A stretch of 64,000 nt of DNA from positions 27,005 through 91,004 of the forward strand of contig CAKVNK010000002.1 in assembly GCA_934777435.1 (NCBI GenBank). The letters are read 5' to 3'. Position numbers and translations under genes: made by a program. The DNA is from an uncultured Clostridia bacterium. Lineage in GTDB: Bacteria; Bacillota; Clostridia; Christensenellales; UBA1242. The first letter of the stretch is position 1, and the number at the start of each line of letters is the position of its first letter. This document shows, one piece after another, positions 9,298 to 19,476 of the stretch. A model generated the notes under the pieces. That model was not told the DNA's origin. It searched no databases and saw only the letters and a program-made list of their open reading frames with translations.

Positions 9298-9326
9298 TTG
9301 TTTTTTGTTTTTTGTTGTGGTATAAT
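9298..9326 (+). promoter_or_regulatory. Sigma-A-like promoter (extended -10) for the giant ORF
   Basis: TTGTTT (9298-9303), 17-nt spacer, TGgTATAAT (9318-9326). This implies a ~220-nt leader. Confidence 0.45.
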
Positions 9327-9548
9327 TTTGATATAAATATATGGGGTGTATATTTTATCTGCCGATTAAATAAAGTTGCTGTTGGATTAGTTTTAAATAA
9401 AACCTTAAAACACAAATTTGTCTAATTGGTTTAAGTAAGATAAAAACGTGCTTTTGTGTTCAGCAATTTAATGGGTGACATAAGATGTAAATTATGTTGG
9501 CTAACAAATAATTTTGTTTTAAACGCAAAAGATAAAAGGGGAAGCATT

Positions 9549-12500
9549 TTGAAAGGGAAAAGTAAATTTTTAAATAGACTGTTTGTCAGCATATTAGCAG
9601 TTGTGTTATCAGCAGGTGCTTTGTTTACTGGCGTTGTTTTAAACAGAACAAAATATACAAACGCAGTTATTGAGATTGGCAAAGATTACAGCCAAAAAGA
9701 TGACGGTGGTATTGTGCTTTCAGTTGAAAAAGTTGGCATTGCGTCTACTGGTGATGATTATTTAGATTCTTCTAATTATGACAGTATGCAAAATTTTTAT
9801 GCTTCGGCTGATTACGCTTTCAAAAATGCCCTTTACAAAACTGGCGGAACAAAATTTAACACTTTGGCTGTTGATAGAATCCGTGCAGGAGTGACTGAAT
9901 ACCCTAACTATTATTACACCGACATAGCAAACACAAAAAATAATGCAAACAAAACTGTTTATCAATCTGGCGACTACATTATGCTTGAAAACAGTTTGAA
10001 AACAAAAACTATAGATGGTAAGGCTGTTACATATTATTACACACCAAACATAACCGCTTACAATTCTGACCAAGCAAACGCACAAGAAGTTGATGTGGCA
10101 GAAGGTGTGCTTTTCAGTTTTGGTAGTTTGATTTATGGAACACAAACATCTGCGGACGGCAGTGTTACAGAACATCTTAAACGCAACACTGAAGAATTAG
10201 AAAATGGCTACAGTTATGCAAAAGATATTCAACAAATTAATGTTAGTGCAACTCGCAATGGTGAACAAATTATTTTGCCAGCAGTAAGGCAGTATGGTGA
10301 TAACAACTATCAAGATTTTACTTACATAATTCCACAAAGAAAAGGTTTTGACGGTCATTATGAATTTGTGGTGGAATATCGCCATAATGAAGAATTTAAA
10401 CGTCAAACATTTACATTTGAATTGGTGTTTAAATCAACATACACCGAAGCAGAAATATTTGAAAATGGCTCTGGGCAAGCATATGCAACTTTGCCTACTA
10501 TTGCATTGCCAGACGCTGTTGGCAGAACATTTGTGCTTGGTTCAAGCAAACAATATCCAACACTCACATATGACTTTTCTAAATACACCTTGGACTACAC
10601 ACACTCAGCAAATGGTGTGGTTACAAGTTACTCATACCGCCGTGTGCGTCAAGCAACAGTGGGCGAAAATTATTCACTTGTATGCACAATTACAAACTCT
10701 GACGGCGTAACAACAAAAGAAATTGGTTTGCCAGAAGGTGAAACAAAAGCAGTTATAATGTTCACTGAAATAGGTAGTTATCAATTCAGTTATGATTACA
10801 TCTACAATGGCGAACAAAACAGCATGGGCTTTGATTTACAAGGTGACAACTTGAATATTGTTGGTTATGAACTTAAATATTCAAAAGTGGGTTACAGCGA
10901 AGCCCAAATGCGTTATATCCAAATCAACAAGCATGTGTATGACAAAGTTGTTTTGGTTGTGCCAAACGGTTTTGAAAGATACAATCAACCAACTGATGAA
11001 CAAAAACTTGGCGTAGCATATTCTATCAATGAAACCACTTTAACAGGCGAAAACAACCGCACTGGTTATGTTGATAGCACACAAGATGCACTTATTAATA
11101 GTGAATTTAACAATGTGGACTTTGATGAATTGTTTAATTCTGTTGCGGTGGTTGCAACTGAAACAAATGTTGTAACAATCAGCAATAAACTTAATATTAA
11201 TATGTTCCAACCAACAAACCAAGGTGGCGTATGGTTGGCTTCAAATTCAACTTATATTGCCAACGAAGATAATGCTGACGGAACAGTTAAAAGTTGGAAC
11301 AGTTTTTATATTTACAGCACACAACCTATTTTAAGTTCAACAGTTTTGCCAGAAGGTAAAACTTGGGCAGATTATAGGGAAGAAATTACAAACTTAACAA
11401 CATTTAATAAAGTTGGTTATTATTTGGTTTGCGTGTCTATGGCAAATGATGTGAAACAAGTGTTTGCATTTAGATATACAAATCAAACATCAGTGGTTAA
11501 TGTTTCAGCATTAAACACAAGCACTGGTGAATATGACTTGGCTGTTGGTTCTGGTAAATACACTAACCAAAATGTTAGAATAAGTTGGGAAGAACCAAAA
11601 GTGTTTGAACGTGCAGTGAGTGTTGGTTATTATTCAATTAAAAACACTTATTTAACACGTGACGAATCAAAGTCTAACCACACAAGCATTTTGACAGCAA
11701 ACGAACTTAGGGAACAATGTTTGTTGAAAAGCCTTGAAAATGGTGCTGTTTTGGGTGGTAATTTGGCAGAAGGTGAAGGTGCTGGCTTCTTGATTGAAGC
11801 AACAAACGAAGGGCAAGCAAAAGCGTATCGTTCATTTACCATTGACCGTACAAAAATTGCTGGTGTTGGTGTTTATGCCATCCGAGCAGTCAAAGATAAC
11901 AAAGGTAACACAAGTTACGCTATTCAAACAGACGAATTAGGCGGATACAAAAAGATTGAAAGCATTGCTGACGCATTTGCAACCATTTATTGGGCGGACA
12001 AGGCAAGTGGTGCAACAATCAATGCAACCTATTATTACACTCCTATTTTAAGAGATTCAAGTTTGGCTGTTGAGTTGGTGCAAAACTCTGCAACACAAAC
12101 AATGTTTACAAATAAATATAAACTTGGTGCACAAACTGGACCATTTAAAATTGAAAAACCAACCAAATTGGAATATACAGTTGGAACTGCAAATGTGCTT
12201 AAAAATGATGGTGTTTACCTGTTTGAATTGGTTGATGAAGCCGGCAATAAAACAAGTTTTATGTTTGTGATTGACAGCAGTGAACAATACTTTAAAGTAA
12301 AAACCAATGACGGCAATTATTATAAAGACACTGTTGGTAATGAGTATTTTACAAACACTAACCTTGTGTTTGCAGATAAAGTTAATGTTGAATTTGCAAC
12401 TCACAAAGCAATCGAATTATTCAGCCACAATAAAACAAACAAAACAAAAACTGAAGAAATGATTGAAATGTTTGCAAACAATGCTTCAACTGACAGTTTA

Positions 12501-15500
12501 AAACAAGTTAACTATTTTGTTGGTGTTGGTAGCAACAGTGCAATGTTGAGTGAATTGTTTAACATTTACCGCAACAAAAATTATTTAGTTGTGGCTAACA
12601 CAAGTGTTGCAAGTTACAATCAAAATGACCAACAAAAATATATCGGCAACGTGGTTAAAAATCAAGCCGAACAAAACCCATATTATACAGTTGATGCAAA
12701 CAATAAAGATACAGATGAATCTAATTCAACTGCATTTGTAAGAAGCATATATATTGTGGGGGCAAATCAATTTGACAAGTCAAACATATTGGCTGCAAAT
12801 TCATTTATCCGTGTTGAAATCAATGATGACCACTCACTTGGTAAAGCATATTTCACAATGGACGCAAACAATTTGAAAAATGAAAATAAATTGATTGCTG
12901 ACCGCTTGGAACTTTACACTGGCAAAAACATCAATGGTGCACAAGCAACCAGTGATAGTTTGGTGGCTTTCTATTGGACACAAGGCACAGGCAACTATCT
13001 TATTAAATCTATAACATATAAATATTATTCATTATCTGTTGATAGTTATAATCAAAATATTGGCGGGTTCTATGATAACACACAATCAACTGGTGTGTTG
13101 TTCAGCAACAATGTGGATAATCAAGAAAATGTTGACGGGCAAAGGGTTGATGGTAGCACAACAAGATTCTATAACACAATCAATGTGCAGGACGGCAAAA
13201 CTCAAGAAGGTTTGTATATTGTTACAAGAACTTATGCCGACAATTCCACACAAGACTATTGGTTTATTGTGGATAGACAAAGCATAATTTCAGATGTGGA
13301 AGGTTCGAATATTGGTAAATCAATCAAATTGCTTTTACGTGAAGAGGTTGGCTTTAATAGTTTCAGTAGGCTTCTGGAAGAAAAAACTTTAACATATTAT
13401 GGTAACAGTTCTACAATTCAAGAGCAAGTGCAATATACTTTAAGTTTGGCAACCAACAAATTACCATTGCAAATCAAAGTGCCAGTTGGTAAATACTTCA
13501 AACAAAGCGAACTTAAAGCAAGCTGTTATTATGCTGGACGTTTAAATTTCACATTATATTTCTTGGATAATCAAAATCAAATTGGTGCGCCTTATTATGT
13601 TGTTGATAATCGTGGCAACACAATAGTTACACCTGCAAAATTATTCTCAACTGCTGAATACGCAAACAGTGGATTAATCAATCAAAACACATATTATAGT
13701 GTAGATAATGATAACGGCTATCTCTATGTTAACTTGGAAGCATATTTAACTGGCGGTTTGTATGAAAAATATATCAAAACAAACAATCAGGGCAGTTGGT
13801 TGTGGTTACCTGGTGACTATGTTGCGGTTATTGAAGATAATGTTAAAAGCTCAACAAAAGCGTTTGGCACAAACAAACTTTCAACAACTAAAACAGCAAT
13901 AGGCTTTACAATCACAGCAACCGAACCTGCAGTTAACATTGCAGCGGTTACATCTAAAAATGATGATGCGCAAACAATAAGTTCAGTTAACCAAAACACA
14001 AAATCAATGGTTACAAATGCTGAATTTGTTAAACTTGTTTTGCCTGGATATGATAAAAATTCAGAGCAGGCACAAATTGACCCAGACTTTTTAATTATTG
14101 ATAAATATGTTAATGGCAGTGCAAACAGCACCAAGTATATCAATTATCAATACAAAGATATGGGTGGCGAAATTTCAATGCCATCAAAACAAACAGATGG
14201 TAGCAGAATTGTTTGGCTCGACACCGCACTTGTTAGAGAAAATGGCAGAGTAAATTATGAAAAGTCAGCAAAATTGCTTAAATATGTTGTAAGGGTTAGA
14301 TTTAGGATTTCGTCAGACGCTGCTTATGACGAAAAATATAAAGATTGTTATATCGTTTATAGAAACGGCAACGCTGAATATTATTATGAAACTTCTTACA
14401 CAATCACAATCGACCGTGTGCCACCAACACAAAACACAGACAAGTTAGAAGCCGAAGATAATTTGGTTGGCTATTACAACATTGAACATGGCACAGATAA
14501 AATGATGGGTTTGGGTGTATGTGACACTGCTTCTGGTTTGTATTTTGTAAATCAATATACAAAATATTATCAAACCAAAGACACGGCAGATTTGTATGCA
14601 TTTGTTGTAAATGCTTCAACAGCATTTAACTCACAAGATATCGAAAAATTATATTTCCGCAAAATAACAAATGACGATTTAACATTGGCTGGTTTGAATA
14701 TGCCGGTTACAAATTTTGCAACCTACACAGAAGCGGTTTATGTAAGCACAATCACTAATTTTGCTGGTATTATTCCACAAAGTTCACCTTCTGGGTATTA
14801 TGAAATTGTGGAAATTGACGCTGCTGGCAACATCAACCAATATGTGATTTTATATGCAACAAATCAAGAAAAATTAACATTTACATTCAATGCAAATTAT
14901 ATTGATAATTCCGACCAAAGCATTAAAACCGAAGATGTTACACTTGATGATAACAACAACGCAATCACATTGTTTGAAATTGCAAACAGCACAAACGACC
15001 AAGTGCAAACAAAATTGTATGATAACTTCTTCCATATTGAACTTATCAACACAATCACTGGCTACACACTTACAATCAACACAAATGCAAAAACAAAATT
15101 CACAAATTCTGGCTTGACTGCACAAATTTGTGAAGCAATCAAAACATCTGGTCGTGGCAACTATGTTTTAAAAGTTGTTTCAAGGCAAGGTGAACAAAAC
15201 TTTACAATCAACTATTACGATAAAGAAAATCGTGTTGAAATCAACGTTGCAAATTTAGTTCAAATTGACGCTTTGGGCAATTACACAATCAACTTGCATG
15301 GTGCAAATATAAAAGAAAACAACATAATGTATTATGCAAAAGAGGTGGTTGTTATCTCATCAAAAGGCACACAAGTTTATACCTGCGTTGTCGATAATGG
15401 TGAATTCAAATACTATTTAAAAAATGCTGACGGTTCACTTGCAAACACTGAAACAACAGTCATTACTGAACTTAGCGGAACATATCAAATTATTATGACT

Positions 15501-17921
15501 GACGCCTTTGGTTCACAAAGCACTTATCGCTTTGATACTGTTACGGGTGACAGTTTCTACAATATTTCATTTGAAGGTGCAACAACAGATAATAACAAGT
15601 ATTATGAACATGCAAACACCTATTATGGTTTAACCACTGCAACAATCAAATTCAATGCCGATATTTACAAAAAAGTGGTGTTTAGCCACAGCATTGACGG
15701 CAACAAAGTTGACTATATTGCAGAATTGAAAGATGGCGTTTGGGGTGTTACTAAAAATGGTGTTGTTGTGAGTGACTATTCAACAATTAAATATCAATAT
15801 TCAACAGATATTGAAGTTGAATTAATCAGATTTAACAACAGTAGTATTGAATTATTACCATTTACAGCAACCAACGCTGGTGCAAACGTTAGATATACTG
15901 TTGAATTGTGGTATAACGACATTGCTGAAAAAACATTTAATGTAGTTATTGATAGTTACACAAAACAAGTGGCACTTAAAAATACAGATAATGTTGAACA
16001 CGAAATTAACTTTAAATATAACGAAGATTATGAAAAAGTTATGTTTGATTCAACCACTTCTGGCGTTATGAATTTAATGTGGACACCGGTTGAAAATGAC
16101 TACTTTGTTTATAGTTATCGTTTGCATGAAAGATTGCAAGATAACACAATTTCAACATACAACCTTGATGGTTTAAGCAATTATGTTATCAACACACTTT
16201 CAACAAGCAAAGGTGTTTATTGGTTTGAAATTGAAATTTCAACAGTGGACGGCAAACGTTTGGGTAACAAAGTTTATGCCTTCTCGGTTGTGGCTGTTTT
16301 AACAGATTTGTATTATGTGCAAACTGAAGATATGGTTGCAATCAAAGCAAATTCAAGTTTCAAATTTAGTGAACTTAACCTTGATGATGCAACTATAAGC
16401 AAACTTAAAAAAGTTGGCGAACAAAACTTAACTTTGCCTATCACTAATATTCCACTTTTCATCAGCAATCAAAAGTTGGTTGTTATTGTGGCAATAGACC
16501 AAGGTGCAACCGTGCTGAAAACTGATGTAATAAGGCAAGAAAAAAATGGTGTTAAGATTGGCGACTTCACAATTTATCGTGTTTACACCAACACTTACAG
16601 CAGATATTTTGCAACACTTGAAATGGTTAAACCGGAAGATAATATTGTTGCTTCCAGCATCGAATTTGTTAAAGATGACGACAAGTTGCCAGTTGAAGGG
16701 TTTGAACAATCAATCTATTTAACCAAAAATCAAACCTTAAAATTGACTTTTGTTCAAAACAATATTCTTGCAAACTCAATCACTGCAAAAAATTTGGCAA
16801 AAGTTAGTGTTTATCACAATGGCATTTTATTATCAACCGATGAAGCAACTTATAATTCTATAACTAACAACTGGGAATACATCATCAAAGGCAGTGGCAA
16901 ATACACATTTGAAATAGGCGATATTTCAGGCAATAAACATCTGTTCACATTTGATGACGACACAGATACAAAAATCACAGTAAATGTTATGAAAAATATT
17001 TACTTTACAATGAACGGGCTTGCTCCAATAGATAACGCAGTGTTTAATGAAGCGATTGAACTGGCGGTTTATGAACCATCTGCTTACGACTCTGTTAACA
17101 CAAGACCTATCAGTTTAAGCCAAGTGACACGTAATGGAGTGAGTTACAATCCAACTCAAAAGGGTTATGCTTACACGTTTGCAGATTATGGTAATTATAA
17201 AGTTACATTTAATGCAACCTTTAACGGGCAACCAATTTCAAGCACAATCAGTTTCACAATCTTAAACAAAAACGAAGCACGCACAAGTTATGATTTAACA
17301 TCTATTGCTCAATACACAATCACAAAAGTTGTTAATCAAGAAGGTTTGGATATTACAGATAGATTCTTGCGACTTATCAATCCACAAAGTGAAAACGGCA
17401 GATTGCTCACATATCAAACATTGATGGATAATGCTGACGAACTTGGAATTTCAGCGGGTAAACAATCATTTGCTATCACTTATCAGGTGGCTGATGGAAT
17501 TTATCCAGCACGTTCAGTTGAATTTGTGCTTACCATGAATGATGAACAACCTACTATTGATTGTTCAGTTGAATTAGGTAAAGAAACAACAAAGGGCTTT
17601 GAAATAACATTTAACCCTGGTATCATCTATGAACAAGTTGGTGACAGTTTCTTATATATCAACGATACATTGATTTGCACAATCAACGAAAGTTCTGTTT
17701 TGGAACAAATGCAATATGCAATTTCACAAAAAACAGACGGTGCTGGTGACTATTATGTTAAACTGGTTGGCAGTTCAGGTTCAGTTATCACAAGTTTCAA
17801 AGTTGTGGTTAAAGAGCCACTCAACATATGGGCAATTATAATCATTATTGTTGTATCAGTTGTTGTGCTTGGCGTAACAATCACAATCATTGTGTTACGT
17901 AACAAAATGAGAATTAGATAA
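9549..17921 (+). CDS. Giant (~2,790 aa) bitopic surface protein with repeated Ig-like beta-sandwich modules
   Basis: One uninterrupted ORF (maximal extent 9456-17921). The best start is TTG 9549, 6-7 nt after AAAGGGGAA. N-terminal signal-anchor FVSILAVVLSAGALFTGVVL. C-terminal TM IWAIIIIIVVSVVVLGVTITIIVL followed by RNKMRIR. The body is N/T/Y-rich with a recurring G.Y......D.(A/S)GN.....F module end. No LPXTG, SLH or choline-binding motif seen. Confidence 0.85.
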   Translation: MKGKSKFLNRLFVSILAVVLSAGALFTGVVLNRTKYTNAVIEIGKDYSQKDDGGIVLSVEKVGIASTGDDYLDSSNYDSMQNFYASADYAFKNALYKTGGTKFNTLAVDRIRAGVTEYPNYYYTDIANTKNNANKTVYQSGDYIMLENSLKTKTIDGKAVTYYYTPNITAYNSDQANAQEVDVAEGVLFSFGSLIYGTQTSADGSVTEHLKRNTEELENGYSYAKDIQQINVSATRNGEQIILPAVRQYGDNNYQDFTYIIPQRKGFDGHYEFVVEYRHNEEFKRQTFTFELVFKSTYTEAEIFENGSGQAYATLPTIALPDAVGRTFVLGSSKQYPTLTYDFSKYTLDYTHSANGVVTSYSYRRVRQATVGENYSLVCTITNSDGVTTKEIGLPEGETKAVIMFTEIGSYQFSYDYIYNGEQNSMGFDLQGDNLNIVGYELKYSKVGYSEAQMRYIQINKHVYDKVVLVVPNGFERYNQPTDEQKLGVAYSINETTLTGENNRTGYVDSTQDALINSEFNNVDFDELFNSVAVVATETNVVTISNKLNINMFQPTNQGGVWLASNSTYIANEDNADGTVKSWNSFYIYSTQPILSSTVLPEGKTWADYREEITNLTTFNKVGYYLVCVSMANDVKQVFAFRYTNQTSVVNVSALNTSTGEYDLAVGSGKYTNQNVRISWEEPKVFERAVSVGYYSIKNTYLTRDESKSNHTSILTANELREQCLLKSLENGAVLGGNLAEGEGAGFLIEATNEGQAKAYRSFTIDRTKIAGVGVYAIRAVKDNKGNTSYAIQTDELGGYKKIESIADAFATIYWADKASGATINATYYYTPILRDSSLAVELVQNSATQTMFTNKYKLGAQTGPFKIEKPTKLEYTVGTANVLKNDGVYLFELVDEAGNKTSFMFVIDSSEQYFKVKTNDGNYYKDTVGNEYFTNTNLVFADKVNVEFATHKAIELFSHNKTNKTKTEEMIEMFANNASTDSLKQVNYFVGVGSNSAMLSELFNIYRNKNYLVVANTSVASYNQNDQQKYIGNVVKNQAEQNPYYTVDANNKDTDESNSTAFVRSIYIVGANQFDKSNILAANSFIRVEINDDHSLGKAYFTMDANNLKNENKLIADRLELYTGKNINGAQATSDSLVAFYWTQGTGNYLIKSITYKYYSLSVDSYNQNIGGFYDNTQSTGVLFSNNVDNQENVDGQRVDGSTTRFYNTINVQDGKTQEGLYIVTRTYADNSTQDYWFIVDRQSIISDVEGSNIGKSIKLLLREEVGFNSFSRLLEEKTLTYYGNSSTIQEQVQYTLSLATNKLPLQIKVPVGKYFKQSELKASCYYAGRLNFTLYFLDNQNQIGAPYYVVDNRGNTIVTPAKLFSTAEYANSGLINQNTYYSVDNDNGYLYVNLEAYLTGGLYEKYIKTNNQGSWLWLPGDYVAVIEDNVKSSTKAFGTNKLSTTKTAIGFTITATEPAVNIAAVTSKNDDAQTISSVNQNTKSMVTNAEFVKLVLPGYDKNSEQAQIDPDFLIIDKYVNGSANSTKYINYQYKDMGGEISMPSKQTDGSRIVWLDTALVRENGRVNYEKSAKLLKYVVRVRFRISSDAAYDEKYKDCYIVYRNGNAEYYYETSYTITIDRVPPTQNTDKLEAEDNLVGYYNIEHGTDKMMGLGVCDTASGLYFVNQYTKYYQTKDTADLYAFVVNASTAFNSQDIEKLYFRKITNDDLTLAGLNMPVTNFATYTEAVYVSTITNFAGIIPQSSPSGYYEIVEIDAAGNINQYVILYATNQEKLTFTFNANYIDNSDQSIKTEDVTLDDNNNAITLFEIANSTNDQVQTKLYDNFFHIELINTITGYTLTINTNAKTKFTNSGLTAQICEAIKTSGRGNYVLKVVSRQGEQNFTINYYDKENRVEINVANLVQIDALGNYTINLHGANIKENNIMYYAKEVVVISSKGTQVYTCVVDNGEFKYYLKNADGSLANTETTVITELSGTYQIIMTDAFGSQSTYRFDTVTGDSFYNISFEGATTDNNKYYEHANTYYGLTTATIKFNADIYKKVVFSHSIDGNKVDYIAELKDGVWGVTKNGVVVSDYSTIKYQYSTDIEVELIRFNNSSIELLPFTATNAGANVRYTVELWYNDIAEKTFNVVIDSYTKQVALKNTDNVEHEINFKYNEDYEKVMFDSTTSGVMNLMWTPVENDYFVYSYRLHERLQDNTISTYNLDGLSNYVINTLSTSKGVYWFEIEISTVDGKRLGNKVYAFSVVAVLTDLYYVQTEDMVAIKANSSFKFSELNLDDATISKLKKVGEQNLTLPITNIPLFISNQKLVVIVAIDQGATVLKTDVIRQEKNGVKIGDFTIYRVYTNTYSRYFATLEMVKPEDNIVASSIEFVKDDDKLPVEGFEQSIYLTKNQTLKLTFVQNNILANSITAKNLAKVSVYHNGILLSTDEATYNSITNNWEYIIKGSGKYTFEIGDISGNKHLFTFDDDTDTKITVNVMKNIYFTMNGLAPIDNAVFNEAIELAVYEPSAYDSVNTRPISLSQVTRNGVSYNPTQKGYAYTFADYGNYKVTFNATFNGQPISSTISFTILNKNEARTSYDLTSIAQYTITKVVNQEGLDITDRFLRLINPQSENGRLLTYQTLMDNADELGISAGKQSFAITYQVADGIYPARSVEFVLTMNDEQPTIDCSVELGKETTKGFEITFNPGIIYEQVGDSFLYINDTLICTINESSVLEQMQYAISQKTDGAGDYYVKLVGSSGSVITSFKVVVKEPLNIWAIIIIIVVSVVVLGVTITIIVLRNKMRIR

Positions 17922-17976
17922 TTAACCTTGTTGACTTAAAACCAAAATCAGTGTTAACAACAACAGTTAAATAAAA

Positions 17977-18010
17977 CAAAAAATGTTTAGCATTTGCTAA
18001 ACATTTTTTT
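17977..18010. terminator. Bidirectional intrinsic terminator between convergent genes
   Basis: A6, then ATGTTTAGCA-TT-TGCTAAACAT (perfect 10-bp stem), then T6-7. Confidence 0.8.
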
Positions 18011-18062
18011 ACTTCAATAATATTGCCTAAATAATTGTGGTTATGTATTCAGGTGTCGTGAT

Positions 18063-19304
18063 TTATGACTGTGCAGTGTCTTTGTTTTCTGCTTGTATTT
18101 CAGTGATATTTGATTCAATTTTTTCACTTAACAAAGCAACCGGCCTGCTGTCAGTGTTTGCATTTTCTTCTTTTGCCTGTGGCTTGATTTCAGCAAGTTT
18201 AACTTCAACTGTTGGTTCTGGTTTAACTTCCAACTTAGCTTCTTGTTTCTTTTGCTTTGGAGTGTTTTGTTTTAATGCTTGGAAGAAAACTTCACCTTCG
18301 TGACTTTGGAAATAAACACCAACAATACCTTTACGTTTACTGCTTAAAATGTGGAAGGCTGCACGTTTACGAGCGCCACCGACAATGTATCCAACCTTTT
18401 TGCTGTTTGGTTCAACAAACACATTGTAGGCACGCAATCTGCCCATGTTGTCAATGATGGTGATACCATCAAAGTTAAGCATATTTAAGAAAAGGTCAGC
18501 ATGTGCTTGCAACTTTTCTTCACTGTAACTTTTGCTTTGTGTGAAAAGTTTGCTGAAATTGATAGGTTCTTTAAGCCAGATACCATCTTCAAAAAGGCCA
18601 TTATCAACATAGTCTTTATCCACAATAACACAAAGTGCACCATGCACGTCATTTAAAACGTTGGTGAAAATGTTAAGGTACATATTTTTCATATCAGCAA
18701 GTTTGCGTTGTGTTGTACGCAATTTGCTAAATGTTGCATCAACCAATTCTTGAATCTCTTTGGTGAACACATTATTTTTAGATTTGTCCAAAGAAAAGTT
18801 AACGTTTAATGTTTCACCACTGATAGAGTGAAGGAGCATGGAATAAGAGTTAAGTGGACGGGCAATAATGCAGTGAGTTTTGCTTGTACGTTCTTTTGAA
18901 AAAGTTGTGTCTTCCAATACTTGCAAAAAGTTTTTATCCTTAATGCTTCTAAAACTCATCATCAAACCGTAAGAAATTTTATCTTCCTTCAAGTCAATAA
19001 ACAAGCACCAATCTTGGCGTGAAAGAGCCAGAATAGATTTTAACCTGTTGTTAAACATTGTTGCTTCACTATCTTCAAAAATTGTTAACGCCATGGTTTT
19101 TGGCACAAATTTTACGAGTGACTCAATGTTGTCAGTAAAGATTATTTTAGGTTTGATTTTTAAATCTTCCTCTGCATAATCTAACAAATCGTTAAAACGG
19201 TTTAAAAAATGAGACATAAGCAAAGGCGGGAAATTATCAAACTCTTGTTCAAAGAATTTTGTAACACTATCCTTGGCATTGTCAAAAAAAATTGTTTCTT
19301 CCAT
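18063..19304 (-). CDS. Hypothetical protein with a degenerate DAC (DisA_N, diadenylate cyclase)-like C-terminal domain and a Lys/Glu/Pro-rich tail
   Basis: aa ~220-340: GALCVIVDKD ... FDGITIIDNMGRLRAYNVFVEP ... GGARKRAAFHIL ... IVGVYFQSHEGEVFF. This parallels the CdaA/DisA pattern GALIVIE ... HDGAVII.N.RI.AA...LP ... GTRHRAA ... VVSEETG.VS. No SD. No family recognised for the N-terminal ~200 aa. Confidence 0.45.
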   Translation of the reverse strand: MEETIFFDNAKDSVTKFFEQEFDNFPPLLMSHFLNRFNDLLDYAEEDLKIKPKIIFTDNIESLVKFVPKTMALTIFEDSEATMFNNRLKSILALSRQDWCLFIDLKEDKISYGLMMSFRSIKDKNFLQVLEDTTFSKERTSKTHCIIARPLNSYSMLLHSISGETLNVNFSLDKSKNNVFTKEIQELVDATFSKLRTTQRKLADMKNMYLNIFTNVLNDVHGALCVIVDKDYVDNGLFEDGIWLKEPINFSKLFTQSKSYSEEKLQAHADLFLNMLNFDGITIIDNMGRLRAYNVFVEPNSKKVGYIVGGARKRAAFHILSSKRKGIVGVYFQSHEGEVFFQALKQNTPKQKKQEAKLEVKPEPTVEVKLAEIKPQAKEENANTDSRPVALLSEKIESNITEIQAENKDTAQS

Positions 19305-19316
19305 ACTTATAAAAAG

Positions 19317-19345
19317 AATATAACAATTTTAAATTGTTTATGCAA
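19317..19345 (-). promoter_or_regulatory. Candidate sigma-A promoter for the DAC-like gene
   Basis: On the minus strand: TTGCAT (19345-19340), 17-nt spacer, TATATT (19322-19317). Only 12 nt separate it from the ATG, so the leader would be very short. Confidence 0.35.
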
Positions 19346-19476
19346 ACGAATTTGAAAAATTTGTTGAAATTTCTTGACAAAACGTTGTTTTTTACACTTT
19401 TTTATTGAATTTTTGCAAAAAATGTGAAAATTACTAAAAATTTTGTAACATTTTTAAATTTATGCTTGATATAAAC

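Noticed and set aside
7297-9455. AT-rich repetitive intergenic blocks as a possible CRISPR array or mobile-element remnant
   Set aside because: There are no regularly spaced direct repeats of 24-40 nt with unique spacers. There are no cas, transposase or integrase genes and no terminal inverted repeats. The repetition is only at the level of short A/T words.
18037-18303. 88-aa plus-strand ORF at the 3' end of the DAC-like gene
   Set aside because: It is antisense to the K/E/P-rich tail, gives a low-complexity Ser/Phe/Cys-rich translation, and starts inside or next to the bidirectional terminator region.
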